From an uncultured Collinsella sp. (GTDB lineage: Bacteria > Actinomycetota > Coriobacteriia > Coriobacteriales > Coriobacteriaceae): a DNA stretch of 64,000 bases. The notes under the pieces are model-generated. The model ran no database searches. It saw only the letters and a list, made by a program, of their open reading frames with translations, and was not told the DNA's origin. Positions 18,746-29,988 of the stretch are shown here, piece by piece (the stretch's first letter is position 1; each line of letters begins with the position of its first letter). The DNA is taken from the NCBI GenBank assembly GCA_937980385.1, contig CALJPV010000005.1, positions 87,429-151,428 on the forward strand. Reading direction: 5' to 3'. The translations under genes were made by a program, and so were the position numbers.

Positions 18746-19135
18746 ATGTCGGGTTCTTCGGTCCGCACGTACCGAGCCACGCTTCGCACAAACAGCGCAC
18801 CGCCCAAGCTCGTCGTCGTTGAAGCAGAATGTCTTTCGCCCGATGAGCGCACAGCATTTGCATTGCTATCAAGTCGCGTCGCCGCCGTTCTGGTCCCTTG
18901 CCCGGCGCAAGGTGAACTTGCCATCCAATGCCAAGCGCACAGCTGCTCGCTCAATCAGGCTGCCGTAATCGTAACCAGCCAACGCGGCCTGTCGCTCCTT
19001 TTGGAAGCCGGCATCGCGCTCGCCCTCCGCGGCGCCGGATACGAAAACGAGGCCGCCGCCGACATGGTCTTTCAACCACGATCGAGCGGCGGCCTCGCAG
19101 CAGCCATCGAATATGCTTGCAGGCTCGTTGCCTAA
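18746..19135 (+). CDS. hypothetical protein
   Basis: ACAGGAG RBS; 129 aa, no recognisable motif. Confidence 0.5.
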   Translation: MSGSSVRTYRATLRTNSAPPKLVVVEAECLSPDERTAFALLSSRVAAVLVPCPAQGELAIQCQAHSCSLNQAAVIVTSQRGLSLLLEAGIALALRGAGYENEAAADMVFQPRSSGGLAAAIEYACRLVA

Positions 19136-19144
19136 AGGCGCAAG

Positions 19145-19528
19145 CTAAAAGCCCAGGCCAAAGCCCATACCGGTAATCGCCGAATACATAAAGTAGACGT
19201 TGATCACGTTGAGGAACACACCCGTGATGCAACCGTTGCGCAGGTAGCGCTCGCACACGATGCGCGCCATGGCGGCGGAGTCATCATTGTTCTTTGCCTG
19301 GCGTCCCGCCGTAAAGTACGTCGCCACGCTCAGCAGCAGATTGAGCACCGGCAGTGCCAGCAGCTCGTAGCTCTTGCCCCAGCGCGTCGCCTCGCCGGCG
19401 GCATTAAACTTTGTTGCCACCTCGGGACCAATGTTGGGGATAACACACGCTGCGACCACCAGCGGAATCACCGCAAGTACGAGCAGCGCAATACCCATGT
19501 AGCCAGCTTTTTTGCCATATTTAAACAT
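19145..19528 (-). CDS. small integral membrane protein (SdpI/DUF1648-like)
   Basis: 127 aa with 3-4 hydrophobic helices. Confidence 0.5.
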   Translation of the reverse strand: MFKYGKKAGYMGIALLVLAVIPLVVAACVIPNIGPEVATKFNAAGEATRWGKSYELLALPVLNLLLSVATYFTAGRQAKNNDDSAAMARIVCERYLRNGCITGVFLNVINVYFMYSAITGMGFGLGF

Positions 19529-19539
19529 ATGCGTCGTCC

Positions 19540-20616
19540 TTACACGTTAAAGCGGAAGTGCACGACGTCGCCATCGACCATGACATAGTCCTTGCCCTCA
19601 ATACGCAGCTTGCCGGCAGCCTTGGCGCCCTGCTCGCCACCGAGCTCGATGTAGTCGTCGTAGCCAATGACCTCGGCCTTAATAAAGCCGCGCTCAAAGT
19701 CGGTGTGGATGACACCGGCGGCCTGCGGGGCGGTCGCGCCCTGACGCACCGTCCAGGCCTTGACCTCCATCTCGCCAGCCGTAAAGAACGACTGCAGGCC
19801 GAGCAGCTTGTAGGCAGCCTGAGCGAGCACGTCCAGACCGGGCTGCTCCAGGCCCAGGCTCTCCAGGTAGTCGGCGGCATCCTCGGGATCGAGCTCGGAA
19901 AGCTCGGCCTCGATCTTGGCGCAGATCGGCAGCGGCTTGACGCCATCAATGGGCGCCAGGTCCTCGTTGAGCATGTCCTCGTCTACGTTGGCCACATATA
20001 GGATGGGCTTCATGGTGAGCAGGAACAAGCCCTTGGCAGCGGCGCGCTCCTCGTCGGTCATCTCCATGGACGCGGCGCGCTTGCCCTCGTTGAGCCAGGC
20101 AAGCAGGCGCTTGGCGACCTCAAACTTGGGCATGAGCTCCTTGTCGCGCTTGGCCTCCTTCTCGAGCTTGGGCAGCTGCTTCTCGAGCGTGCCCATGTCG
20201 GCCAGGATGAGCTCGGTCATGATGGTGTCGGCATCGCCGGCGGGATCGACGAACTCGCCCGTGCGGCCCACCTCACGCATGACGTTGGGGTCCTTAAAGT
20301 AGCGCACGACCTCGCAGATAGCGTCGGTCTCGCGGATGTTTGCCAAGAACTGGTTGCCCAGACCCTCGCCCTCGTTAGCGCCCTTCACCAGACCTGCGAT
20401 GTCGACAAACTCGACCGTAGCCGGCACAATGCGGCCGGGGTTGACGATGTCGGCGAGCTTTTGCAGGCGGCTATCGGGCACATCGACGATACCCACGTTG
20501 GGGTCGATTGTGGCAAACGGGTAGTTGGCGGCAAGGCCAGTCTTTTTGGTAAGCGCGGTGAACAGCGTCGACTTGCCCACGTTGGGCAGGCCCACGATAC
20601 CGATGGAAAGGGACAC
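19540..20616 (-). CDS. ychF: redox-regulated ribosome-binding ATPase YchF
   Basis: GTG start with AAGGAG RBS (SLSIGIVGLPNVGKSTLF...), C-term DGDVVHFRFNV; ORF-track N-terminal extension rejected; 359 aa. Confidence 0.85.
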   Translation of the reverse strand: MSLSIGIVGLPNVGKSTLFTALTKKTGLAANYPFATIDPNVGIVDVPDSRLQKLADIVNPGRIVPATVEFVDIAGLVKGANEGEGLGNQFLANIRETDAICEVVRYFKDPNVMREVGRTGEFVDPAGDADTIMTELILADMGTLEKQLPKLEKEAKRDKELMPKFEVAKRLLAWLNEGKRAASMEMTDEERAAAKGLFLLTMKPILYVANVDEDMLNEDLAPIDGVKPLPICAKIEAELSELDPEDAADYLESLGLEQPGLDVLAQAAYKLLGLQSFFTAGEMEVKAWTVRQGATAPQAAGVIHTDFERGFIKAEVIGYDDYIELGGEQGAKAAGKLRIEGKDYVMVDGDVVHFRFNV

Positions 20617-20743
20617 GACAGCTCCTTTTGGTACAGGTACTTCAAACTGCATAAGTATAGCGCCGCCGCAGCATCTGGGCGAACCCGGACGCCACGGCGG
20701 CGCAAATGAAGCAAAGATGAGTGAGAGTTCGAGACTGCAGTCC

Positions 20744-22114
<1,371 letters not shown>

Positions 22115-22242
22115 TCAATCCATCCCCGCACGCGGCCTGCACGGTTTGGAATTGTTACCTAGAAGTGGAGTTTTTTATCTCTAGAATCGGCCTTGCGGTG
22201 CATACCGGCTCTGCAAGGCCGATTGTTTCGATGGACGATGGT

Positions 22243-23853
22243 TTACAGAAGAGTCTCGAACTTCAGAAGACTCTCGAACTTCTCGCGAACCTGCGGGACG
22301 GTAAGGCCGATGATGACCTGGATCGACTGACCTTGGACCACCAAGCCATGCGTACCGATCGCCTTGAAGGAAGCCTCGGGTGCAACGACGCCCTTATCCT
22401 TGACGTTAACGCGCAGACGGGTAGCGCAGTTAGTTACATCGATGATGTTATCCGCGCCACCGAGCAGATCGAGGATGTTCTCGGCAAGCACCAAGCGCTC
22501 ATCATCTTTACTCTGGGCGACCGATTTGTCAGCAGCAGCACCGCCCTGCTTTTGCTTGTAGTCGGCCTTGGACTTGAGCTCGACCTCAACATCGTCATCC
22601 TCGCGACCGGGGGTCTTAAAGTCGAACTTGACGATCAGGAAACGGAAGACCACGACCCAAAGGGCGGTAAAGCACAGACCGACAAGGATGGAGATGGCGT
22701 ACTGCAGACCGTGTGCGGCCCAAAGGGGCAGCCAGTCCCACGAGAGCATCGAGATGATGCCGCCGTCGAAGATGCCCACGACGCCAAGGAGGTTTTGAGC
22801 CATGCAGCCAAGCGCTCCGAGCACGCAGTGGACGACGAACAGGCCGGGCGCGATGAACAGGAAGGTGAAGTCAAGCGGCTCGGTAATACCGCAAAGCATA
22901 GCGGTAAGGGTGACGGGAATGAGCAGAGCCTTGACGCGCTGCTTGCGCTCGGGTTTGGCGGTCATATAAAACGCAATGGCGACGCCAAGCGAGCCGAAGA
23001 CTTTAGTCCATCCAGGGCAGGTATAGGCAGCCCAGGGTGCGGCATCCTTAAGAGCAATGCTCGGATCGGCAGCCAGTTGGGGCAGGATGTTAGCCCAAGC
23101 GGCAAAGATGCCGCCGTTGACCGCCGCGTTGTCGTAATAGAACGGCGTATAGATAAAGTGGTGCAGGCCTGTAGGAATCAGCACGCGCTCGAAGAAAGCA
23201 AAGACGCCCACGCCAAACGTACCGGCGGAAAGGATGAATCCCTGGAAGGCGGCGATAGCAGCCTGAACATGCGGCCATACCAGGCAGGCAATAAGAGCGA
23301 CCGGAACCATAACGAAGAAACCGATCATATAGATGAACACGGAGCCCGAGAACACGCCCAACCACTCAGGAAGTTCGGTGTCGAAGTACTTGTTGTGAAG
23401 CATCGTGGCAATACCCGAAATGATAAGCGCGCCCATGATGCCCATATCAAGCGTTTTGATGCTTGCGATAGTGGCAAGACCAGTACCGCTGCCCGCCTCG
23501 ACAGAGTAGTCGACCCCAAAGACAGGGCCCCACTGCCCCAAGATTGTGCTTACAAAGTAGTTGAAGGTAAGGTAGATGGCCAAAGCCTCCATGCAGCAGC
23601 GAGCGTTCTGCTTGTTCGCGAGCGAGATTGGCAACGCTACGCAAAACAGCAACGGCATCTGGTTAAAGAGCGTCCAACCACCCTGGAGCAGCACATTCCA
23701 GCAATCAAACCAAAGATGACCCGCAGTGGCCATCTCGCCAAAGATCGCCTCGGTGGTAAACAACGTACCCAGGCCGACGACGATTCCGGAAAATGCGAAA
23801 AGAATTGCAGGCGTGTACATTGCACCGCCGAAACGTTGTATCTTTTGCATCAT
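22243..23853 (-). CDS. PTS glucose/maltose-family EIICB component (GlvC/MalP-like)
   Basis: Start MMQKIQRFGGAMYTPAILFAF with GAGGGGG RBS (ORF-track start 23994 is an extension); EIIB motif CATRLR near C-terminus; 537 aa. Confidence 0.85.
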   Translation of the reverse strand: MMQKIQRFGGAMYTPAILFAFSGIVVGLGTLFTTEAIFGEMATAGHLWFDCWNVLLQGGWTLFNQMPLLFCVALPISLANKQNARCCMEALAIYLTFNYFVSTILGQWGPVFGVDYSVEAGSGTGLATIASIKTLDMGIMGALIISGIATMLHNKYFDTELPEWLGVFSGSVFIYMIGFFVMVPVALIACLVWPHVQAAIAAFQGFILSAGTFGVGVFAFFERVLIPTGLHHFIYTPFYYDNAAVNGGIFAAWANILPQLAADPSIALKDAAPWAAYTCPGWTKVFGSLGVAIAFYMTAKPERKQRVKALLIPVTLTAMLCGITEPLDFTFLFIAPGLFVVHCVLGALGCMAQNLLGVVGIFDGGIISMLSWDWLPLWAAHGLQYAISILVGLCFTALWVVVFRFLIVKFDFKTPGREDDDVEVELKSKADYKQKQGGAAADKSVAQSKDDERLVLAENILDLLGGADNIIDVTNCATRLRVNVKDKGVVAPEASFKAIGTHGLVVQGQSIQVIIGLTVPQVREKFESLLKFETLL

Positions 23854-24000
23854 GACGGGGAATCCCCCTCTCTTCATTCGGAGCGCTGCGGTTTTGGCTT
23901 CACTCGAGACCGCAGACGCGCCGTTTGCGTGTACCTCGTGCAATAGGACGGGTGGGCCCGCTTCCCTGACTTCTTGCGCTTCTATTTTTATCATATCACT

Positions 24001-24163
24001 TATCTAGACAAGTTAGTATAAATACTACGGTCGGTAAACGGTTGATTATTGGCCGTAAACGGTATATGTCCAGTATTTCGCCTGCTAAATCTGATATAGG
24101 TGATAGCTGCAATTCATATTTCTTTTTTACTTGTCTAGATATGCTTGTCTATATCTGCAGACA
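24001..24163. promoter_or_regulatory. three related palindromic operator-like sites (TATCTAGACAAG at 24001-24012, its reverse complement CTTGTCTAGATA at 24130-24141, TGTCTatatctgcAGACA at 24146-24163)
   Basis: Read directly in the AT-rich divergent intergenic region between the PTS operon and the Zn-ADH/GntR genes; resembles GntR/HutC half-site architecture. Confidence 0.5.
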
Positions 24164-24209
24164 TACCTATACTTCATTACAACATTCACCACCACGTTAA
24201 GGAGTCACC

Positions 24210-25235
24210 ATGAAAAGCGCGGTCTTCTATGGAAAGCACGATCTCAGGGTCGAGGATTCGACAAAGCCGGCCGTGGGCAAGCGCGACGTTCTGATCAACG
24301 TCAAGGCTTGCGGCGTCTGCGGTACCGACGTTCATATCTATGAAGGCGACAAGGGTGCAGCCGACGTTACCCCGCCCACGATCCTTGGTCATGAGTTTGC
24401 GGGCGTTGTCGAGGCCGTGGGCAGCGACGTCGCTGGCTTTAAACCGGGCGATCGCGTGTGCATCGACCCAAACCATCCCTGCGGCTGCTGCGAACCCTGC
24501 CGCGACGGAATCAACCACTACTGCGAGCATATGACCGGTTACGGCACCACCGTTAACGGCGGCTTTGCCGAGTACTGCTCCGTCGATATGCAGCAAGTCT
24601 ACAAGTTGGGCGATCACACCAGCTTTGAGCAGGGTGCTATGACCGAGCCCGTCGCCTGCTGCCTGCACGGCATCGATATGTGCAACATCAAGCCCGGCAG
24701 CACGGTTGTCGTCATCGGCGGTGGCATGATCGGTCTGCTCATGATGCAGCTTGCCAAAAACGCCGGCGCCACCAAGGTCGTCTTGCTCGAGCCCGTCGAG
24801 GGCAAGCGCGAGGTTGCGCTCAAACTCGGCGCCGATCTGGCAATTGATTCCATCCACGAGGACGTCCCGGCCCGCCTGAAGCAGGAGGGCGTCGGCAACG
24901 TCGATGTCGTTATCGAGTGTGTTGGCAAGCCCGTCACCATCGAGCAGGCCATCCAGATCGCCGGCCACAAGGCTACGGTCATGATGTTCGGCCTCACCAA
25001 GCCCGATGAGACAATCACCGTCAAGCCCTTCGAGGTCTTCCAGAAGGAGCTTGTGCTCACCTCGTCCTACATCAACCCTTATACGCAGCGTCGCGCGCTC
25101 GAGCTCATCGACTCTGGCAGGCTCGACGTATCCTCGATGGTCGCCAAGGTGGCTTCCCTCGACGAACTCGGCGCCATCCTGTCAGACCCGGCCCTGCGTG
25201 CCATGGGTAAATATATAATCGACCCCAGCAAGTAA
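24210..25235 (+). CDS. zinc-dependent alcohol/polyol dehydrogenase (MDR family, sorbitol/threonine DH-like)
   Basis: GHEFAGVVEAVG, CGCCEPC structural-Zn ligands, GGGMIG Rossmann; 341 aa. Confidence 0.85.
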   Translation: MKSAVFYGKHDLRVEDSTKPAVGKRDVLINVKACGVCGTDVHIYEGDKGAADVTPPTILGHEFAGVVEAVGSDVAGFKPGDRVCIDPNHPCGCCEPCRDGINHYCEHMTGYGTTVNGGFAEYCSVDMQQVYKLGDHTSFEQGAMTEPVACCLHGIDMCNIKPGSTVVVIGGGMIGLLMMQLAKNAGATKVVLLEPVEGKREVALKLGADLAIDSIHEDVPARLKQEGVGNVDVVIECVGKPVTIEQAIQIAGHKATVMMFGLTKPDETITVKPFEVFQKELVLTSSYINPYTQRRALELIDSGRLDVSSMVAKVASLDELGAILSDPALRAMGKYIIDPSK

Positions 25236-25300
25236 ATCGATTGACACCTGCGCGGGCGGCCCTCACCCGTCGTTCGCGCACCCAGCTCTAGGAGACCGTC

Positions 25301-26056
25301 ATGGCGCGAGCCATCTTCCAAACTATTTATGACAACGTGAAGCAGTCGATTGACGACGGCACATACGCCTATCAGAGTTATCTGCCTTCGGAAACTGAGC
25401 TCACGCAGCTGTTTGACTGTTCGCGCATGACGGTCCGTCGCGCCATCTCGATGCTTGCGGCAGATGGTTACGTGCTCCCCCAGCAAGGCAAAGGCATGCG
25501 CGTCATTCGGAACATCAGTGACGAGAAGAGTCGTGGTGGCGGCGGACTCGAGACCTTTAAGGAAATCGCGGTCAACCGAGGCTTTGAGCTCAAGACTGTC
25601 ACCACCGTCTTTGAGCTCCTCATCTGCAGCAAGGCGCTCTCCAAGATTACCGGGTTTCCCGAAGGCTGTGAGCTCACACGCGCCAAACGCATCCGTTATG
25701 CAGACGGACAAGCCGTGTGCTCCGACGACTCCTATTACCTAAGCTCACAAGTACCGGGGCTGACACCCGAGATTGTCAATGACTCGATCTATCGTTACCT
25801 CGAAGAAGACCTTGGCATTAAAATTGCCACGGGCAAACGCGATGTGACGATCGAGCATCCCACTCCCGAGGATGCGCGCGTGCTCGATCTCGACGATTTT
25901 AACGCACTTGGCGTTGTACGCGGACAGACCTACAACGCCGACGGTATCCTTATGGAATACACCGAGACCAAACAGGTCCCCGGGTTCTTTTTGCTCCATG
26001 AAACCGTGACGCGTAACGGTACCGGTCGAACCGGCCACCAAAGCAGCATGAGCTAA
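25301..26056 (+). CDS. GntR-family transcriptional regulator (HutC/UTRA subfamily)
   Basis: N-terminal wHTH (LPSETELTQLFDCSRMTVRRAISML) plus UTRA effector domain; 251 aa. Confidence 0.8.
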   Translation: MARAIFQTIYDNVKQSIDDGTYAYQSYLPSETELTQLFDCSRMTVRRAISMLAADGYVLPQQGKGMRVIRNISDEKSRGGGGLETFKEIAVNRGFELKTVTTVFELLICSKALSKITGFPEGCELTRAKRIRYADGQAVCSDDSYYLSSQVPGLTPEIVNDSIYRYLEEDLGIKIATGKRDVTIEHPTPEDARVLDLDDFNALGVVRGQTYNADGILMEYTETKQVPGFFLLHETVTRNGTGRTGHQSSMS

Positions 26057-26065
26057 CCATCTATT

Positions 26066-26138
26066 AGTTGCGGTGGAATAGTTCCTAGAATGGCCAGCTT
26101 AAGGGCAAAACAGGAACTGTTCCACCGCAACTTTTTTG
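26066..26138 (+). terminator. rho-independent terminator after GntR gene
   Basis: 21-bp stem AGTTGCGGTGGAAtAGTTCCT / AGGAACTgTTCCACCGCAACT then TTTTTT. Confidence 0.75.
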
Positions 26139-26187
26139 GCCGATGGGGCAGTACCTGTCCCATCGGCCATCATTTACGCTCTTTTAG

Positions 26188-27441
26188 CTAGTCCGCGAGC
26201 TTCTCCACCTGGTCGAGCATCTTGTCAAGCTTGGCCTTTGCCTCGGCCTTGACCTTCTCAGCTTCTTCGTGAGCCTTCGCCTTCTGGGCAGCCTTTTCCT
26301 CGGCTTCGGGGTCGACGACAACCAGATTGGACGCGTCATGCTCAACCAACTTGAGCGCATGCTCGGGGCACACCTTGGCACAAGCGCCGCAGCCCAAACA
26401 ATACGTGGACTCCAACGCAAAGCGACCGCTTCCCACCAGGTCACAGGCAGATGTGGGGCACGCATTGACGCACTCTCCGCACGACGTGCACTTGTCAAAA
26501 TCGCACTCCGGCGTACTCACCTGTATGTTCTTGGCAAGCTCGGGGTGGTTTTGCAGCGTCGAGAGCACCAGCTGCCGCCCGTGCGTGAGCGAACGGCGAC
26601 GCTTGGTTGTCGTGGTGCCGCACATGGTGTTGAGCGTGCGCTCCAGCTGGGTAATCTGATGGCGATGGGCCTTGAGCTTTTGCGTCACCGAGGCTAGCGC
26701 CGCCGTTGCCGGGTTGAGCTTGGTCACGGTAAGGCCCGTGGTGCGGGCGATCTTTTCCATGTACTCCTTGCGCTCGTACTCGCGAAGCTTATGGCACTTG
26801 AGGCTCTTGGGGTCGACCTCCAGACCCATACCCGTGCCAGACCACTCCTCGGCCTTCGCAATCGCCTCGCCCAGAATGTCCTCACCGCCGATGTTGCGGC
26901 ATTTATCGCACACGCCCAACGGCAGGTACACGCTCACGTTGGGATAGTCCGCCAGTACCGAGAACCAGGTCTCGGCCGTAATATCGCCCACGCAGGCAAC
27001 GACAACTTCGTTTTCGCGCGGCATGCGCTTGAGGGCGCGCGTGCAGGTGACGTAGGCGGTCTCGTGGCTCGTAGCCGCCGAGACAATGTCGTCATACAGG
27101 TTTTTAGGCGCCAGGCGCGGCGAGATGATCGCCTCGGTCGGACAGGCAGCGGCGCACAGGCCACACTTGCGACAGGAGTCGAGGATCTCGATGGCGTCTT
27201 CCTCGACCTCGATAGCGTTGACCGGGCACACGTCCATGCACGCGGTGCAGCCGCTCTTCTCGTTTTTACAGGTCAGGCACGGAATGGTGTTGCCGCGCGG
27301 ACGCTCCTTGTAGTCGGCAGGATTCCACTGTGGCGCCGACGGATCGAGTGCATCGGTCACACCGCCAAGCGGGTTTTTTAGAAAGTCGAAACCCTTGCTG
27401 ATCTCGATAATGTCATCAAACAGATCGTGTTCCTGCGCCAT
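26188..27441 (-). CDS. 4Fe-4S cluster-binding protein (two ferredoxin-type Cys pairs at each end, coiled-coil K/E-rich C-terminus)
   Basis: CxxCxxCxxxCP motifs near both termini; start ATG 27441; 417 aa. Confidence 0.7.
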   Translation of the reverse strand: MAQEHDLFDDIIEISKGFDFLKNPLGGVTDALDPSAPQWNPADYKERPRGNTIPCLTCKNEKSGCTACMDVCPVNAIEVEEDAIEILDSCRKCGLCAAACPTEAIISPRLAPKNLYDDIVSAATSHETAYVTCTRALKRMPRENEVVVACVGDITAETWFSVLADYPNVSVYLPLGVCDKCRNIGGEDILGEAIAKAEEWSGTGMGLEVDPKSLKCHKLREYERKEYMEKIARTTGLTVTKLNPATAALASVTQKLKAHRHQITQLERTLNTMCGTTTTKRRRSLTHGRQLVLSTLQNHPELAKNIQVSTPECDFDKCTSCGECVNACPTSACDLVGSGRFALESTYCLGCGACAKVCPEHALKLVEHDASNLVVVDPEAEEKAAQKAKAHEEAEKVKAEAKAKLDKMLDQVEKLAD

Positions 27442-27592
27442 GCGCGGCCCCTCCCTGAGCAGTGCAAACAAGCAAGAGATAATGATACGCTATCGGCCCA
27501 CGCCTCGGGCAAATTATACGCGGAGCATCTTTGCGGCAGATAGCCTATGGCCTATCGCCGCCCCGATTGCACAAGGTCAATCAAGCGCCAAG

Positions 27593-28660
27593 CTATGCCT
27601 CGCACATGAGCTGCACGAGCTTCTGTTTGGTCACCTTGGCCTGCTCGTTGGCCATATTACGCTCGTTTCTAAAGACCGCATTTGCAACACCCTGCAGGTC
27701 GGCATCGGAAATCTCGCCAAGGCCCAGCTCCTCGAGCGTCGTCGGCAGACCAACGCGCTGGCAAAACTCGAGCACCTGATCAAGCTCGGGCGCACGCTCC
27801 AGGCGCAGCTGCACCACCAGGCCAAATGCCACGGCCTCGCCATGCATGGCCTTGCACTCGGGCAGAATCGTCAGACCGTTGGCGATGGCATGCGCCAACG
27901 CCAAGCCACCGCTTTCAAAGCCGACGCCCGAGAGCAGAATATTGCACTCGATCAGACGCTCAACCGCCGGCGATATACGTCCCTTTTTGAGATCGCGCTT
28001 GGCAGCGACGCCGCACTCCATGAGCGTGTCGTAGCAGGCGCGAGCCGCGACCAGAGCCAAGTGCCCCGGCTCGCCACCGTGCTCGTTGGTACCGTGCGCC
28101 GCGGCGCACGAACGCGCCTCGAAGTACGTTGCCAGTGCGTCGCCCATGCCAGCGACCGTCATACGCAGTGGGGCTGCCGCGACCACGTTGGTATCGACCA
28201 CGACCAGGTCTGGATTCTTCTCGAGCATCAGGTAGTGGTCGAACGACCCATCCTCGTGATACAGCACCGAAATCGCGCTGCACGGACCGTCCATCGAAGC
28301 CGCCGTGGGGCATACGCACAACGGCAGCTCGGCATAAAACGCTACTGCTTTGGCGATATCGAGCATTTTGCCGCCGCCAATACCCACCACCATGTCGCAA
28401 TACTCGGCCTGGGCTTCCTTAGCCATTTCGACAACGGCCTCTTCCGTACACGGACCGTCATAAATCTTAAAGAACGGCTCACTTAGATCTTCGTCCAGAA
28501 ATCCATCGACAATCTGCTTGCACAGCCGATCCTCGGTGCCCTGGTCAAACAAGACATAAGCAGCGCAGCCCAACCATGACAAATACCTGCCCTGACGCGA
28601 AAGTTCGCCCGGCCCCTGAACATACCGGCCGGGACCGCCATAAACCATGGGAAGCGCCAT
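27593..28660 (-). CDS. gldA: glycerol dehydrogenase (Fe-ADH family)
   Basis: GIGGGKMLDIAKAV, metal-binding His pattern typical of GldA; 355 aa. Confidence 0.8.
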   Translation of the reverse strand: MALPMVYGGPGRYVQGPGELSRQGRYLSWLGCAAYVLFDQGTEDRLCKQIVDGFLDEDLSEPFFKIYDGPCTEEAVVEMAKEAQAEYCDMVVGIGGGKMLDIAKAVAFYAELPLCVCPTAASMDGPCSAISVLYHEDGSFDHYLMLEKNPDLVVVDTNVVAAAPLRMTVAGMGDALATYFEARSCAAAHGTNEHGGEPGHLALVAARACYDTLMECGVAAKRDLKKGRISPAVERLIECNILLSGVGFESGGLALAHAIANGLTILPECKAMHGEAVAFGLVVQLRLERAPELDQVLEFCQRVGLPTTLEELGLGEISDADLQGVANAVFRNERNMANEQAKVTKQKLVQLMCEA

Positions 28661-28804
28661 ACGAGAATCCGCCCTTCATCAAACAACGATTGGTGCAAAG
28701 TAACTTGCCCCCTGCACCAACTTGTGCATTGGAGACAGGCCACTTTGCACCATAGTAAAAAGGGGCAAAGTCATCTGCTGGCTTTGCCCCTTCCTTAGCT
28801 TGAT

Positions 28805-29905
28805 TTACTCATCCATGAGATAGTAGTGGCCCAGCGCGTCGGCACCCAGGATGGCGTTTGCGACCATCTCGGGCGTCACCTCAAACGGCATGTTGCACAT
28901 GGTGTCATCGGGTGCGCAGGCGGCCTCGGCAACAATCATGGCCTGCTCGCGCGTAAGCTCGGCAACGCCAAGTTCCTTCATCGTGACCGGCAGGCCCAGC
29001 TCAATGCAGAAGCCCAAGACTTCCTCGAGCTTCTCGGTCGGGGCATCCTCGAGTACCAGCTGGACGATGGTGCCGAAGGCGACCTTCTCGCCGTGATACA
29101 TGCCGTGGCACTCGGGCAGCATCGTCAGGCCATTGTGGATGGCATGAGCAGCAGCAAGGCCCGAGCTCTCAAAGCCAATGCCCGAAAGCAGCGTATTGGC
29201 CTCAATGATGTGCTCGACGGCAGGCGTGAGCGCACCCTTCTCCAGCGCGACCTTGGCCTTGACGCCATCGGCCATAAGCGTCTCGTAGCAGAGCTTGGCG
29301 AGCGCCAGGCCGGCCATGCCGCCCTTGCCGCCGGCGCAAGTGCCGCCGTCGGCATCATGCGTCGCCTGGGCCTCAAAGTAGGTTGCGAGCGCATCGCCCA
29401 TGCCGGAAACCGTCAGGCGCACCGGGCTCGCCGCGATAACCGTCGTATCCATAAGGACAATATTGGGGTTTGCCTTAAGGAAGAGATACTTGTCGAACTG
29501 GCCGTCGTCGGTGTAGAGCACCGAAAGTGCCGAGCACGGAGCATCGGTCGAAGCAATGGTGGGGCAAATGATGACCGGGGACTCCAGGTAGTAGGCAACG
29601 GCCTTCGCGGTGTCGAGGATCTTGCCGCCACCGACGCCGACGATGATGTCGCAACCGTTGTCGCGCGCGAGCGCAACCAGACGATCGACCTCACCCTTGG
29701 AGCACTCGCCGTTAAAGTCATCGAACAGCAGCTCGGCCTTGGCCTCGGCAAAGCCGCCCTCGATCTTGGCACCGACGCGCTTCTTGCCCGAAGGCGTCAC
29801 GATGACGAGGGCCTTAGCGCCGAGCGGCTCAACATAGGAGCCGAGCTTTGCGAGCTCGTCCGGACCCTGGATGTACTTGCTGGGGCTATTGAAAATTGCA
29901 GCCAT
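28805..29905 (-). CDS. gldA: glycerol dehydrogenase paralogue
   Basis: MAAIFNSPSKYIQGPDELAKLG..., GVGGGKILDTAKAV; ~50% identical to neighbour; 366 aa. Confidence 0.8.
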   Translation of the reverse strand: MAAIFNSPSKYIQGPDELAKLGSYVEPLGAKALVIVTPSGKKRVGAKIEGGFAEAKAELLFDDFNGECSKGEVDRLVALARDNGCDIIVGVGGGKILDTAKAVAYYLESPVIICPTIASTDAPCSALSVLYTDDGQFDKYLFLKANPNIVLMDTTVIAASPVRLTVSGMGDALATYFEAQATHDADGGTCAGGKGGMAGLALAKLCYETLMADGVKAKVALEKGALTPAVEHIIEANTLLSGIGFESSGLAAAHAIHNGLTMLPECHGMYHGEKVAFGTIVQLVLEDAPTEKLEEVLGFCIELGLPVTMKELGVAELTREQAMIVAEAACAPDDTMCNMPFEVTPEMVANAILGADALGHYYLMDE

Positions 29906-29988
29906 AACTATCCCATTCTCTAAAAGAAAAAAGAAAGGGGCTCCGTACGGATACGTGCGGAGCCCCTCGTTACGATAACAAGAGTCGA

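Noticed and set aside
22160-22242. 11-bp-stem hairpin between GH4 and PTS genes as a terminator
   Set aside because: No U-tract on the transcribed (minus) strand; may be an intra-operon structure but not a canonical terminator.
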